A stretch of DNA of 64,000 nt from an uncultured Candidatus Saccharibacteria bacterium (GTDB lineage Bacteria > Patescibacteriota > JABMPQ01 > JAQVVF01): positions 535,020 to 599,019 of the forward strand of contig CAZNOH010000001.1 in the NCBI GenBank assembly GCA_964574655.1, in the 5' to 3' direction. The notes under the pieces are model-generated. The model had not been told where the DNA came from, ran no database searches, and saw nothing but the letters and a program-made list of their open reading frames with translations. The position numbers and the translations under genes were made by a program. Shown piece after piece: positions 20,914 to 31,131 of the stretch; the stretch's first letter is position 1, and each line of letters begins with the position of its first letter.

Positions 20914-21669
20914 TTAGAATTCCCACTGCGTTGTTAGTAATGCTAGCAAAAGGATTATAATACTGATTATTACTATATTCCTAACAACCTTCTTGTTCAG
21001 AGTCTTATTGAAATTATGCTTGGAAAGATTAGTAAATGCGTAAAAAACCGTGAATAGAACCATTGCTCTTGGCATAAAACCTGTTGGCCAAAGTGTTAGA
21101 GCCCAGCTAATTTCTGAAATTACTAATGTCAGAATAATAGAATAAACAATATGCTTTTGCAGTAGCATATTATGCCAAAAAAATTCGTAAGTCAGAATGA
21201 ATGTGACAAATGCTAGAAGGATCAGAAATATCCAAGACGGCCATAACAAGAGAAGATAAAGTCCAAATATACTTGCATATAGCAAAAAAGCAGAAATTGT
21301 TATTATAAAATCGCAAGCTTGGAATGATTTTCGGCTATTGATATCCTTGCATATTTTGTCAACTAAATTTATTGTTGCAAGGAAAAGAATAACTATTATA
21401 GCAAGATAAATCTGCTGAAGATAATATAATTCTGGAATAAATAATAAAAAGACTGTTGCACTCAGAATGTATGATAAGGGTAAAATCGAAATATTTACTT
21501 GTCCCCAAAAACCAATTTTGTGCAGAACCTTTAGACGGACTGACGACAACAAAGAAAGCAGAAATAACGTGATAGAAGCAATAATAATAACAACGCTTGA
21601 TTTCTGGAAATAAATAATTGATTCCAATGAACCTAAAAATATGATGCCTAAAACTAATTTCTTGATCAT
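20914..21669 (-). CDS. Conserved multi-pass membrane protein
   Basis: About 8 TM; EISWALTLWP motif. Confidence 0.75.
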   Translation of the reverse strand: MIKKLVLGIIFLGSLESIIYFQKSSVVIIIASITLFLLSLLSSVRLKVLHKIGFWGQVNISILPLSYILSATVFLLFIPELYYLQQIYLAIIVILFLATINLVDKICKDINSRKSFQACDFIITISAFLLYASIFGLYLLLLWPSWIFLILLAFVTFILTYEFFWHNMLLQKHIVYSIILTLVISEISWALTLWPTGFMPRAMVLFTVFYAFTNLSKHNFNKTLNKKVVRNIVIISIIILLLALLTTQWEF

Positions 21670-21849
21670 AATGTTTTTCTAATTTGATTATATCAGTATT
21701 TATCTGCATCCGTCTATAAATTTTTTAACGACGCAGAAAAACGCAAAAGCTAACGCAGAAAGACGCAGAAACCTATTTATATTATTTTATTGCAAATTAA
21801 AAAAGAGCTTTACGCTCTTTTTTATGATTACACAGAAATGGTGTTGAAA

Positions 21850-21993
21850 TTATTTAGCTTTTCCAATTCTGAACATCTTTGTTCCGCATTTTGGGCATTT
21901 GCCAGTTGTTGCTGGTCTGCCATTCTTCATCTTGATTTCTTTTGCTTCTAACATTTCTTGTTTCGCTTTACATTTTACACAATATGCTTCCAT
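21850..21993 (-). CDS. 47-aa zinc-ribbon protein (DUF5679-like), absent from the ORF track
   Basis: MEAYCVKCKAKQEM...NGRPATTGKCPKCGTKMFRIGKAK; SD AGGAG; downstream terminator near 21800-21823. Confidence 0.85.
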   Translation of the reverse strand: MEAYCVKCKAKQEMLEAKEIKMKNGRPATTGKCPKCGTKMFRIGKAK

Positions 21994-22136
21994 TGTTTTC
22001 TCCTGGTCCCCTTTTCGGATCTTAATTGATTCAAAAATTAGGGATGATTAAATATTAATAAATTAAACTCAAATTCAATTTCATTAGAATATTAGCAAAA
22101 TTAGGCTCAAAAGTAAATTAAGTTATACACAGACGA

Positions 22137-22279
22137 AAACTCTAAATCCTAAACTCTAAACTCTAAACAAACTCAAAATTCCAATATCCAAATTTCAGGA
22201 AACTCCGAAGCCATGCTTTTGAATTTTATATTTTAGTAATTTGTATTTATTTAGAGTTTAGTATTTAGAGTTTAGGATT
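22137..22279. repeat. 7-nt-periodic long hairpin (YYCTAAA type, similar to 7517)
   Basis: ctctaaa tcctaaa ctctaaa ctctaaa caaa ... tttagag tttagta tttagag tttagga. Confidence 0.8.
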
Positions 22280-23667
22280 TATTCGTGGATCACAACTGGA
22301 TTTCCAATATCTGCCCAATTGTAAAGTTGCTCTGCAAAAGGCGTTGGTAAATTTACACAACCATGGCTCATACGGTTGCCAAAATTATTATGCCAATAAG
22401 TGCCATGAATTGTATATGGACCTAGAAATGATAAAACATAAGGAACTCCTGGAAGATAATAGCCTGGTCCTGCCATTAACACTGAAACTCTTTTTGAAAA
22501 AACATTAAAGATACCCAGTGGCGTGTCTGTGCCATAATTACCAGTCGATGTTAATGAATAACCAATCTTGCGCGTGTTCTCAAAATATTTTAACCATTGT
22601 TCACTAATATCTACTTCAATATATTTTTGATAAGGATAGCCGCCTCTTTCACCTTTGTAGTTGGCAATTGATACTTCAATTTTATTTTTTCCTGTCTTTG
22701 TCAATTTGCCACTGGCAACATTAATTCCACCTTTATAATTTTGATCAAAAGCAAAAAAATCTTTTCCCAATGAACGGCCTGAGGCAGTAAAAATTTTGAC
22801 TTGCGGACCACCGCCATATCCTGCGCCAGTAATTATTTCGGCTTTCTTATCATTATTAACATCTATTGCTGAAACAGTTGTTCCGCCTTTGAAATTCGAG
22901 CTGTAGGCTAAAAAATTACCTAAAACAGTAACGTCTTTATTTGCTTTAAAAACCTTAACCCAAGCTTGGCCTTCTGATGCTTGGCTGGCAATTATTTCAT
23001 CTTTCAAATCTTTATCAACGTCTCCGACGGCAACATTAACTCCGCCATTAAACTCAGAATCAAATGGATAGGAAGAAAATAAGACATCGCCCTTTTTATT
23101 GAAAACCCTGACTTGCGGACCGCCACCATATCCTGCGCCAACAATTATTTCGTCTTTTAAATCACCATTGATGTCGCCAGAAGCAATATTTGCTCCACCC
23201 TTAAAGCCAGATGGAAAAGCTAGGAAATTTGATAAAACTTTTTTTCCTGTTTTATCATAAATTTTAATCCAAGCCTGACCAGAGCTTGCTTGAGAGCAAA
23301 TTATTTCATCATAGCCATCCTTGTTTAGATCTCCGGCAGCAACATTGACTCCACCTTTAAAACTTTCGGAAAAAGCGAAAAAAGAAAATTTTTCGTTGCC
23401 TAGTTTATCAAAAATTTTTACTTGCGGGCCACCGCCATATCCTGCGCCGGTAATGATAAAATTATTGTTGCTATCATCGAGCTTGGCAAATGCAACACTT
23501 GCACCGCCTTTGAAATTCTTGTCATAAGCATAAAACGCCTTATTTAATCTTAATGTTTTGGCATTATAGATTTTTACTTCTGGAGAGGAGGCATCATAAG
23601 CTAATGCTTGATTAAAACAGATGCACAAACTAATAAGCGCTAGAGCGCCGACAAGAATTTTTTTCAT
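22279..23667 (-). CDS. L,D-transpeptidase (YkuD) with N-terminal FG-GAP/VCBS repeats
   Basis: GAGYGGGPQV and GDxNxDxxDEII repeats; IHGTYWH...SHGCVNL catalytic motif. Confidence 0.92.
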   Translation of the reverse strand: MKKILVGALALISLCICFNQALAYDASSPEVKIYNAKTLRLNKAFYAYDKNFKGGASVAFAKLDDSNNNFIITGAGYGGGPQVKIFDKLGNEKFSFFAFSESFKGGVNVAAGDLNKDGYDEIICSQASSGQAWIKIYDKTGKKVLSNFLAFPSGFKGGANIASGDINGDLKDEIIVGAGYGGGPQVRVFNKKGDVLFSSYPFDSEFNGGVNVAVGDVDKDLKDEIIASQASEGQAWVKVFKANKDVTVLGNFLAYSSNFKGGTTVSAIDVNNDKKAEIITGAGYGGGPQVKIFTASGRSLGKDFFAFDQNYKGGINVASGKLTKTGKNKIEVSIANYKGERGGYPYQKYIEVDISEQWLKYFENTRKIGYSLTSTGNYGTDTPLGIFNVFSKRVSVLMAGPGYYLPGVPYVLSFLGPYTIHGTYWHNNFGNRMSHGCVNLPTPFAEQLYNWADIGNPVVIHE

Positions 23668-23700
23668 TATTATTTAAGTTATAATTAAATACAAAATACT

Positions 23701-24372
23701 CTACACCTGTTTTTTAGCAACCTGCCTAAGAATCAAATTAAATACTATTATCAACACCAAATAAATAATCCAAAAGAAATTATCATCATTTGCCTGCCAG
23801 ATATAGATAGAAGAAATTATAAAAGCTAATGCAATATTAAGTCCGCCAAAAGAATTATAAAGAAATATTTTTCTATCTATTCCAGGATGGTGCATTTCTT
23901 TATGAAAATAGAGATAGAGCCAAATAATAAAAGACATTATTGACACAAAACTGATGCTTAAAGCAAAAATTATTGTGGTTGTGATTTTATCAAAATGAGT
24001 ACTGAATAGATCTGACGGAAAAGGCAAAAAAGTGATTGATAACAACATTACGCAGATGAGATACAAAAAGGTCCTGTTAACTAGCTTTATATAACTAAAT
24101 AAATGGAGATGGCTAATCCAATACTTGATAATTACATAAAAACAAATTAGATAGCCAAGTATTTGAGGCCAAATAATTTGAAATTCGTCAACTAATGAAT
24201 TTTCAGTCCAGTCTATAGGAACTTCAATTTGAATAATTAATAAAGTTAGAGAGAAAGCAAAAATAGCGCTCGAAAAATCCATGATACGCTCAGTATTTTT
24301 AACATTTTTTATCCACAAATCACTTTCTTCTAAAACGTCTTTAAGCTTGTGAGGCTTGATTATTCCTTGCAT
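23701..24372 (-). CDS. TMEM175 (DUF1211) family channel-like protein
   Basis: ERIMDFSSAIFAFSLTLL, YWISHLHLF, FLPFPS. Confidence 0.8.
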   Translation of the reverse strand: MQGIIKPHKLKDVLEESDLWIKNVKNTERIMDFSSAIFAFSLTLLIIQIEVPIDWTENSLVDEFQIIWPQILGYLICFYVIIKYWISHLHLFSYIKLVNRTFLYLICVMLLSITFLPFPSDLFSTHFDKITTTIIFALSISFVSIMSFIIWLYLYFHKEMHHPGIDRKIFLYNSFGGLNIALAFIISSIYIWQANDDNFFWIIYLVLIIVFNLILRQVAKKQV

Positions 24373-24375
24373 ATT

Positions 24376-24915
24376 TTATGAATCAATTTTTTTTATTTGT
24401 ACACCAAACATCATCAATAGAATACCAAATATCAAAGCATAAATTCCTAATAACCAAGACAGAACTAACAGACTTCCTGATGGATATAAATATATGAATA
24501 CACCTAAAATAATTGAAGCAAGTCCTGCTAAGCCAATTAATAATTTTGTTGGCTCATCCCAACCTGATGAAAAAACTGCAATGATTTCCATTAAGCCTGT
24601 AATCACTGCCCATGCAGCAATGACATAAAGCAAAACAAATAATGTTACTTCTGGTAAAATTAAAGCAAAAATACCAGCAGCAATTCCTAAAATACCTTCA
24701 AGCAAAAATGCCCACCATTGTTTGTGATGCTTGATTGAGCTGATGGCAGCGATGATTGCAATAATGCCGTCAAACAAAACGTAAAAAGCAAAAAGAAAAA
24801 CCAAAAGCTCTAAAGTTATGTCTGGCCAAAACAATGCCAAGACGCCGAATAGAATTGCAATGATACCTCTAATAATCATTGCCCATGAATAACGAGACAA
24901 TGCACCTGTTTTCAT
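24376..24915 (-). CDS. HdeD/DUF308 family membrane protein
   Basis: RGIIAILFGVLALFWP and repeated helical hairpins. Confidence 0.88.
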   Translation of the reverse strand: MKTGALSRYSWAMIIRGIIAILFGVLALFWPDITLELLVFLFAFYVLFDGIIAIIAAISSIKHHKQWWAFLLEGILGIAAGIFALILPEVTLFVLLYVIAAWAVITGLMEIIAVFSSGWDEPTKLLIGLAGLASIILGVFIYLYPSGSLLVLSWLLGIYALIFGILLMMFGVQIKKIDS

Positions 24916-25063
24916 AAATTTTATTTTTTATTTTTAAATATATAATACGAATGACGATACAAATAATGCGAATGTTACGAATTACGAATACGTCAAATAT
25001 TTTTTGTTTAGTTTAGTATAGCATAATTTTTTGTTTTTGGGCAAATAAAAAAGTGAGAGTAAC

Positions 25064-25423
25064 TCACTTAGGATGAACTTCAATGTCAAAATCTTTTTGA
25101 GACGCAGAGAGCTTGCTTTCGAGACGATGTACACAACTATCAAGAATCCTGTGAATCCAATCCTCATACTCTACTAAAAATAGGGGCGCTCTTTCAGAGA
25201 AGAAATTTGTTCTATCGAGATCGTGTACTACCTTTCTCGCATGTTCAGGCTTTAGCGATGCATTTTCCAACATAAAACAAATCCTACGGATGATCTCAAG
25301 GTACACTTCTCTTGCTTCATTAGGATAATCGTCATCTTCACTAAAGATTCCTTGTATGAGAATCAGATTTCGAAGCTCATCAATCAAAAGTTCGTGCAAC
25401 AATTTTTCTTTTGAATCTGCCAT
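25064..25423 (-). CDS. Orphan hypothetical protein
   Basis: SD AGGAGG before ATG at 25423, preceded by GTACCTTGA. Confidence 0.65.
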   Translation of the reverse strand: MADSKEKLLHELLIDELRNLILIQGIFSEDDDYPNEAREVYLEIIRRICFMLENASLKPEHARKVVHDLDRTNFFSERAPLFLVEYEDWIHRILDSCVHRLESKLSASQKDFDIEVHPK

Positions 25424-25458
25424 GTTTTCCTCCTGTCTCAAGGTACGGCCAACTCTTT

Positions 25459-25713
25459 TTAGAGTCGGCAGCTAGGACAAATTTTCATTGTAGCATCATT
25501 GACAGTTTTACCGGCTGGAATGTCATCTGAATGGCAGAGAGCAACATGACTGATTTTGCCTCTTTTCCCGCATTTATCACATTTTTCAATATATCTTTGC
25601 AAAATCATGTCCCAAAGTCCTATCAGAGGCACAAAAAGAATGAGAACGAGGAATATAAACAGCGTTGCTAATAACATACAAATTACTATTAAGAAGTCTT
25701 TTACTGTTTTCAT
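25459..25713 (-). CDS. Orphan small membrane protein with CxxC...CxxC zinc ribbon
   Basis: N-terminal TM; CDKC and CPSC; SD GGGAGG; promoter TTGACT-17-TATATT; GCTCTTTTCA. Confidence 0.65.
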   Translation of the reverse strand: MKTVKDFLIVICMLLATLFIFLVLILFVPLIGLWDMILQRYIEKCDKCGKRGKISHVALCHSDDIPAGKTVNDATMKICPSCRL

Positions 25714-25858
25714 TCTTTTTCCTCCCTTTGAGTTGGTTGGTTACTGAAAAGAGCTTAACTGGATTAAATATATTCTTTTTTGCCTTGAAAGTCAACAAAA
25801 AAACCGCGTAAGGCGGTTTTTATTTTATTAGTGAAGTATTCGTGATATTAGCGTGTTA

Positions 25859-26974
25859 TTAGTGTATAGTGTGTTTTTTCTTTTTGAAATCTATGAATGA
25901 ATCATAGTTTACTTTCCAAGCATTGCCTTCTGGAATTGGAATTTTGCCATAACCATGAGGAGTGTCAATTACGAATCTAGCTGTTGCAGCGATGCCTGAT
26001 AGTCTTGAACGAAGTTTTGACCAAATCGCGAGTGCTTTTTTAAATGGCACTGTAAAATGTTGAGCCCAATAGACTGGATCATTTTGATACATGTAGTAAG
26101 GTCTGATTCCTTCTTTGACCATTTTTATAAATAGTTGGTATAAAGTTTCAACATTATCATTTACGCCTTTTAACAATACTGTCTGACTGTAAATTGTTGC
26201 TAAGCTTTTTTTTCTAAAATTATATAAAACATCTGATGACTGTTCTGTAATCTCAGCAGGATTATTGATGTGTACCATTAAATTTAAGTTTCTGATTTTG
26301 GCTAACAATTCATAATGCCATTCTTGGATAGCCATTGGATTAACTATTGGCAATCTTGTACCTAATCTTACAACATCAATATAGCCTTGCTCTTGTAATT
26401 TTGCCAGGCTCGTAATTATTTTTATTAAATAATCTTTTGGAGCAATTAAAGGATCACCACCTGATAAAATAATTTCGTTGATTTCTTTGTGATCTTTGAT
26501 GAATTTAAAAACTTCATTAATTTGTTTGTCAGTCAAAAAAGCGTTGTTAGCAATTGTACCTTTTGTCTTGCCACAAGATCCAGCTGGAATACCGATTTCT
26601 CGGCCACGCGTACAAAAACGGCAATAAGTAGCGCAAAATCTAGTTACAGTCCACAAAACTCGGCCATAAGTTACAACTTTACCTTTTTTTAATTTACCTT
26701 CATATTTGTAAATTAAGCCAGGAGCAACTTCATGTTCATCTTCGGATAATGGATCAAGATTATTTGTCTTTGAAAATCTTTTTTCCTTTTCAGGCTGAGC
26801 AACAAATTGCTTGCCTAACGGTCCATCAATTCCGCCATTTTTGGAAATTAAATCAGCCATGTAAGGAGAGATGATTTCTGGCAAACCTCCATGTGGCAAC
26901 ATGACTTTCATTCCACGAGAAATAAGTTTTTGTTTTGGGAACAAAAACTTTTGTTCCCTACTATTTTTTTGCAT
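25859..26974 (-). CDS. KamA/EpmB-family radical SAM aminomutase
   Basis: CATYCRFC, LSGGDPL, QTVLLKGVND, PYYMYQ, GYGKIP (PLP Lys). Confidence 0.9.
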   Translation of the reverse strand: MQKNSREQKFLFPKQKLISRGMKVMLPHGGLPEIISPYMADLISKNGGIDGPLGKQFVAQPEKEKRFSKTNNLDPLSEDEHEVAPGLIYKYEGKLKKGKVVTYGRVLWTVTRFCATYCRFCTRGREIGIPAGSCGKTKGTIANNAFLTDKQINEVFKFIKDHKEINEIILSGGDPLIAPKDYLIKIITSLAKLQEQGYIDVVRLGTRLPIVNPMAIQEWHYELLAKIRNLNLMVHINNPAEITEQSSDVLYNFRKKSLATIYSQTVLLKGVNDNVETLYQLFIKMVKEGIRPYYMYQNDPVYWAQHFTVPFKKALAIWSKLRSRLSGIAATARFVIDTPHGYGKIPIPEGNAWKVNYDSFIDFKKKKHTIH

Positions 26975-27995
26975 ATCTTTGTAAGGATGTATTAATAATT
27001 TGTGTTAATAATTTTTCGTAATCGATTCCGGCTGTTCTTGCGGCTAATGAAAAATAGGATGTTGTTGATACTTCTGGCGGAATCATGCCGGCTGGAGAAT
27101 TAACTTCCAAAACATATGGATTATTTTTTGAATCACACCTGATATCAATTCGGCACCAATCTCTAAGGTTTAAGGCATTCCAGGTTTTTAGACAAAGTGA
27201 TTCAATTTTATTTTCAAATGATTTTGAAATTTTTGCTGGGCAAATTAAGTGTTCTGATGCGCCTTTTTGATCTTCTTGTTCTTCAAAAAACCATTTAACT
27301 TCTAATGAATCAATTGGCAAATAATTTTTTGGCAATTTGCTATGATCAGCTTCAATTATTGGTAAAATTCTTGGTGGATTGCCTAACAATGCAACTGAAA
27401 ATTCTCGGCCTGTCAAAAAAGGCTCAATGATTGCTTCTTGATGGTATGTTTTTACAACTTGGGTAATTTGTTTTTTAAGTTGTGTCTGATTAAAAACAAC
27501 ACTTTTGTTAGTGATTCCTCCAGACGAACCTTGTCCAATTGGTTTGACAATTAAAGGGAATTTTAAATTTTTATCTAATTTTTCTTTACCAGTTTTGAAT
27601 AACTGATGGATTGTTGTTGGTACTTTATTGGCGACTAAAATTTCTTTAGCCTTGGCTTTGTTCAAAGCTAATGCTTGAGTCAGAGGAGTTGAACCAGTGT
27701 ATGGAATTTGAAGCATCTCTAACATTGATGGCAAATGAGTTTCGCGATCATGGCCATTCTTTCCTTCAGAATAATTAAAAACTAAATCAATATTTTCTTT
27801 ATTTTTATATAATTTTAAATATGCTTTTTCATCAGCTTCTATTGGTAAAACTTCAAAACCAGCATTTTTAAAATGCTTAATCATTGTCTTGATAGTAATT
27901 GGGTCGTCAAAATCAATTTCAGCGTGAGTGCTCAAATCTTTTTGATCAAGATATTTGTGTCTTACGTTGTATAAAAACGCGATTCGTTTCTTCAT
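26961..27995 (-). CDS. D-Ala-D-Ala ligase-like ATP-grasp protein
   Basis: LEMLQIPYTGS, PLIVKP, GREFSV, RIDIR, LEVNSPAG; overlaps the kamA-like start. Confidence 0.9.
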   Translation of the reverse strand: MKKRIAFLYNVRHKYLDQKDLSTHAEIDFDDPITIKTMIKHFKNAGFEVLPIEADEKAYLKLYKNKENIDLVFNYSEGKNGHDRETHLPSMLEMLQIPYTGSTPLTQALALNKAKAKEILVANKVPTTIHQLFKTGKEKLDKNLKFPLIVKPIGQGSSGGITNKSVVFNQTQLKKQITQVVKTYHQEAIIEPFLTGREFSVALLGNPPRILPIIEADHSKLPKNYLPIDSLEVKWFFEEQEDQKGASEHLICPAKISKSFENKIESLCLKTWNALNLRDWCRIDIRCDSKNNPYVLEVNSPAGMIPPEVSTTSYFSLAARTAGIDYEKLLTQIINTSLQRYAKK

Positions 27996-28121
27996 ATTTT
28001 CTTTGCTTACGAATATCTCGAATGGCTTAGGCCCTCGAATAAGACGAATAATTCTATTCGCGTAATTTGTGGCCGTAAGGCATTAGTGAGATTCGCAAGC
28101 ATTAAAAAAGAAGCCCAAAAA

Positions 28122-28214
28122 CTAGTGACTTCTGTTAGTAGCTATTAAATTTGTTGAAACTCTGCTTACTTGATTAGCATCCTCGGGTAGAGGAACATCG
28201 TCGTTTTGCATCAT
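28122..28214 (-). other. Candidate 30-aa leader ORF followed by an attenuator-like hairpin
   Basis: MMQNDDVPLPEDANQVSRVSTNLIATNRSH*; GAAGTC..GGCTTC plus T-run overlapping its stop. Confidence 0.35.
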
Positions 28215-28507
28215 TATTTTATTGGGACTGCTTTGTTAAAAATTAATTATTTTAGTATAGCAGTTACCTTGTTTTCTGTCAATAGATTATAATATTTTAC
28301 AAAAACTTGATTCGTAAAAAATTGATACATAGCTAAGTATAACAACATTTTTTCTAGTGTAAAGAAGATTTTATTGTGGATAAATAAAAAGACAAAATAA
28401 TATAAAGTTTCATGATTTTTTTCAACAATAAAACCGCCTTTTACAGCGGCTTTATTATCTTCAACCTTCGTTGAGACTTCGGTTGATAAAAAAGACTGAA
28501 GACTTAA

Positions 28508-28825
28508 TTAGAATCTTGCAGGTCTTTTTGCTTTCCAGCAATCCTTGCAATGTACTGGTCTATCACCTGAAGGTTGAAATGGCAATTCTGTGATTTCTTT
28601 GCCACATTCTGAACATGTCCAATTTCCTGACACCATTTGTCTAGGAGCTCTTTCTTGGAAATTTGATCTACCTTCTGATCTTTTCTTTGACCAACAATCT
28701 TTGCAATGTACTGGTCTGTCTCCTGAAGGCTGAAATGGCAATTCTGTGATTTCTTTGCCACATTCCGAGCATGCCCAATTACCTTGGAACATTTGTCTTG
28801 GAGCACCACTATCGTTATTAAACAT
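28508..28825 (-). CDS. Tandem CxxC-x17-CxxC zinc-ribbon protein
   Basis: Two near-identical CSECGKEITELPFQPSGDRPVHCKDCW domains. Confidence 0.9.
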   Translation of the reverse strand: MFNNDSGAPRQMFQGNWACSECGKEITELPFQPSGDRPVHCKDCWSKKRSEGRSNFQERAPRQMVSGNWTCSECGKEITELPFQPSGDRPVHCKDCWKAKRPARF

Positions 28826-28956
28826 CGTGTTTTGTAGTTACAATTTAATATAAACGGCCTACTCGACCTCAAGCCGTTCTATATAAAATATATACGACTT
28901 GTAAGCTTAAATATAGTATACAGTATAATTAATTTTTGTAAATAGATTTTCTTTTA

Positions 28957-29082
28957 AAAGAACAAAAACACAAAAAGACAAAAAAACAAACAAAAACCAA
29001 ATTACAAAATACAAAATCGACAGTTTGTTTTCTTTGTAATTTGGTTTTTGTAATTTGTTTGTTTTTTGTTTTTTTAGGTTTT
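28957..29082. repeat. 7-nt-periodic long hairpin (ACAAAA type)
   Basis: acaaa caaa aaccaaa ttacaaa atacaaa ... tttgtaa tttggtt tttgtaa tttg tttg. Confidence 0.75.
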
Positions 29083-30887
29083 TATTTTCTGATTTTTCTT
29101 CTTCTATCATTTTCATCAAGAAATTCTTTTCTAATCCTGATATTTTGTGGAGTAACTTCTACTAATTCATCATCGCTAATATATTCCAATGCATCTTCTA
29201 AATCCATGGTCATTGGCGCATTAAAATGGACAGCAACGCCTTCACCCTTGGAACGCATATTTGATAATTTTTTTTCTTTGCAGACATTAACAACTAAATC
29301 ATTTGATCTAGAATTTTGACCAACAACTTGGCCGACATAAACTGTAATGCCAGGTCCTAAAAACAAAGCGCCTCGGTCTTGGACATTAGACAAACCGTAT
29401 AAACATGTTTTACCTTGTTCGTTAGAAATTAATGATCCCTGATCTCTTTCCTTCCAAACGAAATTATCTGGCTGGTATTTGTAAAAACAAGAGTTAATAA
29501 TACCTAATCCACGCGTATCAGTTTTGAATTTGCTTCTATATCCAAACAAGCCTTTTGTTGGAATGGTAAATTCAAGATAAACTATGCCATTATCAATTCT
29601 CATATCAACTAATTCAGCGTGGCGACTGCCAAGCTTTTGAATAATTGTACCTTGATATGTTTCTGGCGCTTCAATGAATATTCTTTCATATGGAGCCATT
29701 TTTTGACCGTCAATTTCTTTGTAAATTACTTGCGGACGAGAGACTTGGAATTCGTAACCTTCTCTCCTCATTCTTTCAATTAAAATGGCCAAGTGAAGTT
29801 CACCGCGTCCTGATACAACCCAATCCCCCTCTGCAGTATCCACAACTCTTAGAGCCATGTCAGTTTTTAATTCTTTGTGTAAACGTTCGGCTATTTGACG
29901 AGAAGTGGTGTATTTTCCTTCATCTCCCGCAAAAGGAGAATCGTTAATGCTAAAAGTCATTTTGATTGTTGGCTCTTCAATATTCAAAACTGGCAATGCT
30001 TTTGGATTAATTGGATCAGCAATAGTTTCGCCAATTTTCACATTTGGAATTCCGCCAACTGCAACGATATCACCAACCTGAGCCTCTTCTGCTTCAACTC
30101 TTTCTAGGCCATCAAAAGTTAATAAAGAAGTAAGCCACGCTTTTTCCTGCTTTCCGTCTCTAGCGATATGCATTACTTCTTGCTTGTTTTTTAATGAACC
30201 ATTGCTAATTCTACCAACAGCAATTCTGCCCTTGAAATTGTCTTCGCTAACTGTTGTTACTAACATTTGCAACGGCGCTTTTTCATCGCCTGAAGGCTCT
30301 TTGATATATTTCAAAATTGCATCAAACAATGGCGTGATATTTTCCATTTTTTCTAGCTCTGGAGTATTGCCTGCCTTACCTTGTTTTGCAGATGCATAGA
30401 TAACTGGAAAATCAGCTGATTCATCATCAGCTCCCAATTCTAAAAATAACTCAAAAGTCTTGTCCAAAACATATGCTGGTCTAGCAAAAGGTTTATCAAT
30501 CTTATTTATAACAACAATGATTTTGTGTTTCATCTCTAATGCCTTTTTTAGCACAAATCTTGTTTGTGGCATCGGACCTTCTTGAGCATCAACTAGCAAC
30601 AAACAGCCATCAGCCATTTTTAAAACTCTTTCTACTTCACCGCCAAAATCAGCGTGTCCAGGAGTGTCAATAATATTAATCTTTGTATCGTTGTAATGAA
30701 TTGAAGCGTTTTTGGAGAAAATAGTAATACCTCTTTCGCGCTCTAGTTCGTTACTATCCATAATACAAGTTTTTTCGGAAACTTCTTTTTTTAGATGCGT
30801 TTTTGATTGACGCAAAAGAGCATCAACTAAAGTTGTTTTACCGTGATCTACGTGAGCAATAATCGCGATATTCCTGATATTTATCAT
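29082..30887 (-). CDS. typA: Translational GTPase TypA/BipA
   Basis: AHVDHGKTTL, DTPGHADFGGEVER, GRGELHL, ELVEVTP. Confidence 0.97.
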   Translation of the reverse strand: MINIRNIAIIAHVDHGKTTLVDALLRQSKTHLKKEVSEKTCIMDSNELERERGITIFSKNASIHYNDTKINIIDTPGHADFGGEVERVLKMADGCLLLVDAQEGPMPQTRFVLKKALEMKHKIIVVINKIDKPFARPAYVLDKTFELFLELGADDESADFPVIYASAKQGKAGNTPELEKMENITPLFDAILKYIKEPSGDEKAPLQMLVTTVSEDNFKGRIAVGRISNGSLKNKQEVMHIARDGKQEKAWLTSLLTFDGLERVEAEEAQVGDIVAVGGIPNVKIGETIADPINPKALPVLNIEEPTIKMTFSINDSPFAGDEGKYTTSRQIAERLHKELKTDMALRVVDTAEGDWVVSGRGELHLAILIERMRREGYEFQVSRPQVIYKEIDGQKMAPYERIFIEAPETYQGTIIQKLGSRHAELVDMRIDNGIVYLEFTIPTKGLFGYRSKFKTDTRGLGIINSCFYKYQPDNFVWKERDQGSLISNEQGKTCLYGLSNVQDRGALFLGPGITVYVGQVVGQNSRSNDLVVNVCKEKKLSNMRSKGEGVAVHFNAPMTMDLEDALEYISDDELVEVTPQNIRIRKEFLDENDRRRKIRK

Positions 30888-30902
30888 AAATATTTATTTT
30901 TT

Positions 30903-30950
30903 GTGGTCAAGGTTTTAGCCCCGAACTTCCCGGCCTAAAGGCCGGGCCAC
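30903..30950. repeat. REP-like doublet with TTTA/TAAA-loop hairpins
   Basis: gtggtcaaggttttagcccc...cccggcctaaaggccgggccac. Confidence 0.6.
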
Positions 30951-31131
30951 GATTTAACTAGAATTATATTTTATTCAAATAAAAATTCTACTGAAAATTC
31001 AGTAGAATTTCTTAGAATAAGTATAACAAATAATTATAATTGTGTCAAACTTTTATATTGACAGTTAGATGATTACATATTATATTTATTTGATCTGAAA
31101 GGTGCCACAAAAAGTGGCAAGGAGGAAGATA

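Noticed and set aside
28508-28825. DGR template/variable repeat pair
   Set aside because: The duplication is an in-frame domain repeat with mostly synonymous differences; no reverse transcriptase
28907-29319. ORFs 28907..29119 and 29041..29319
   Set aside because: Translations of the heptamer hairpin and of typA alternate or antisense frames
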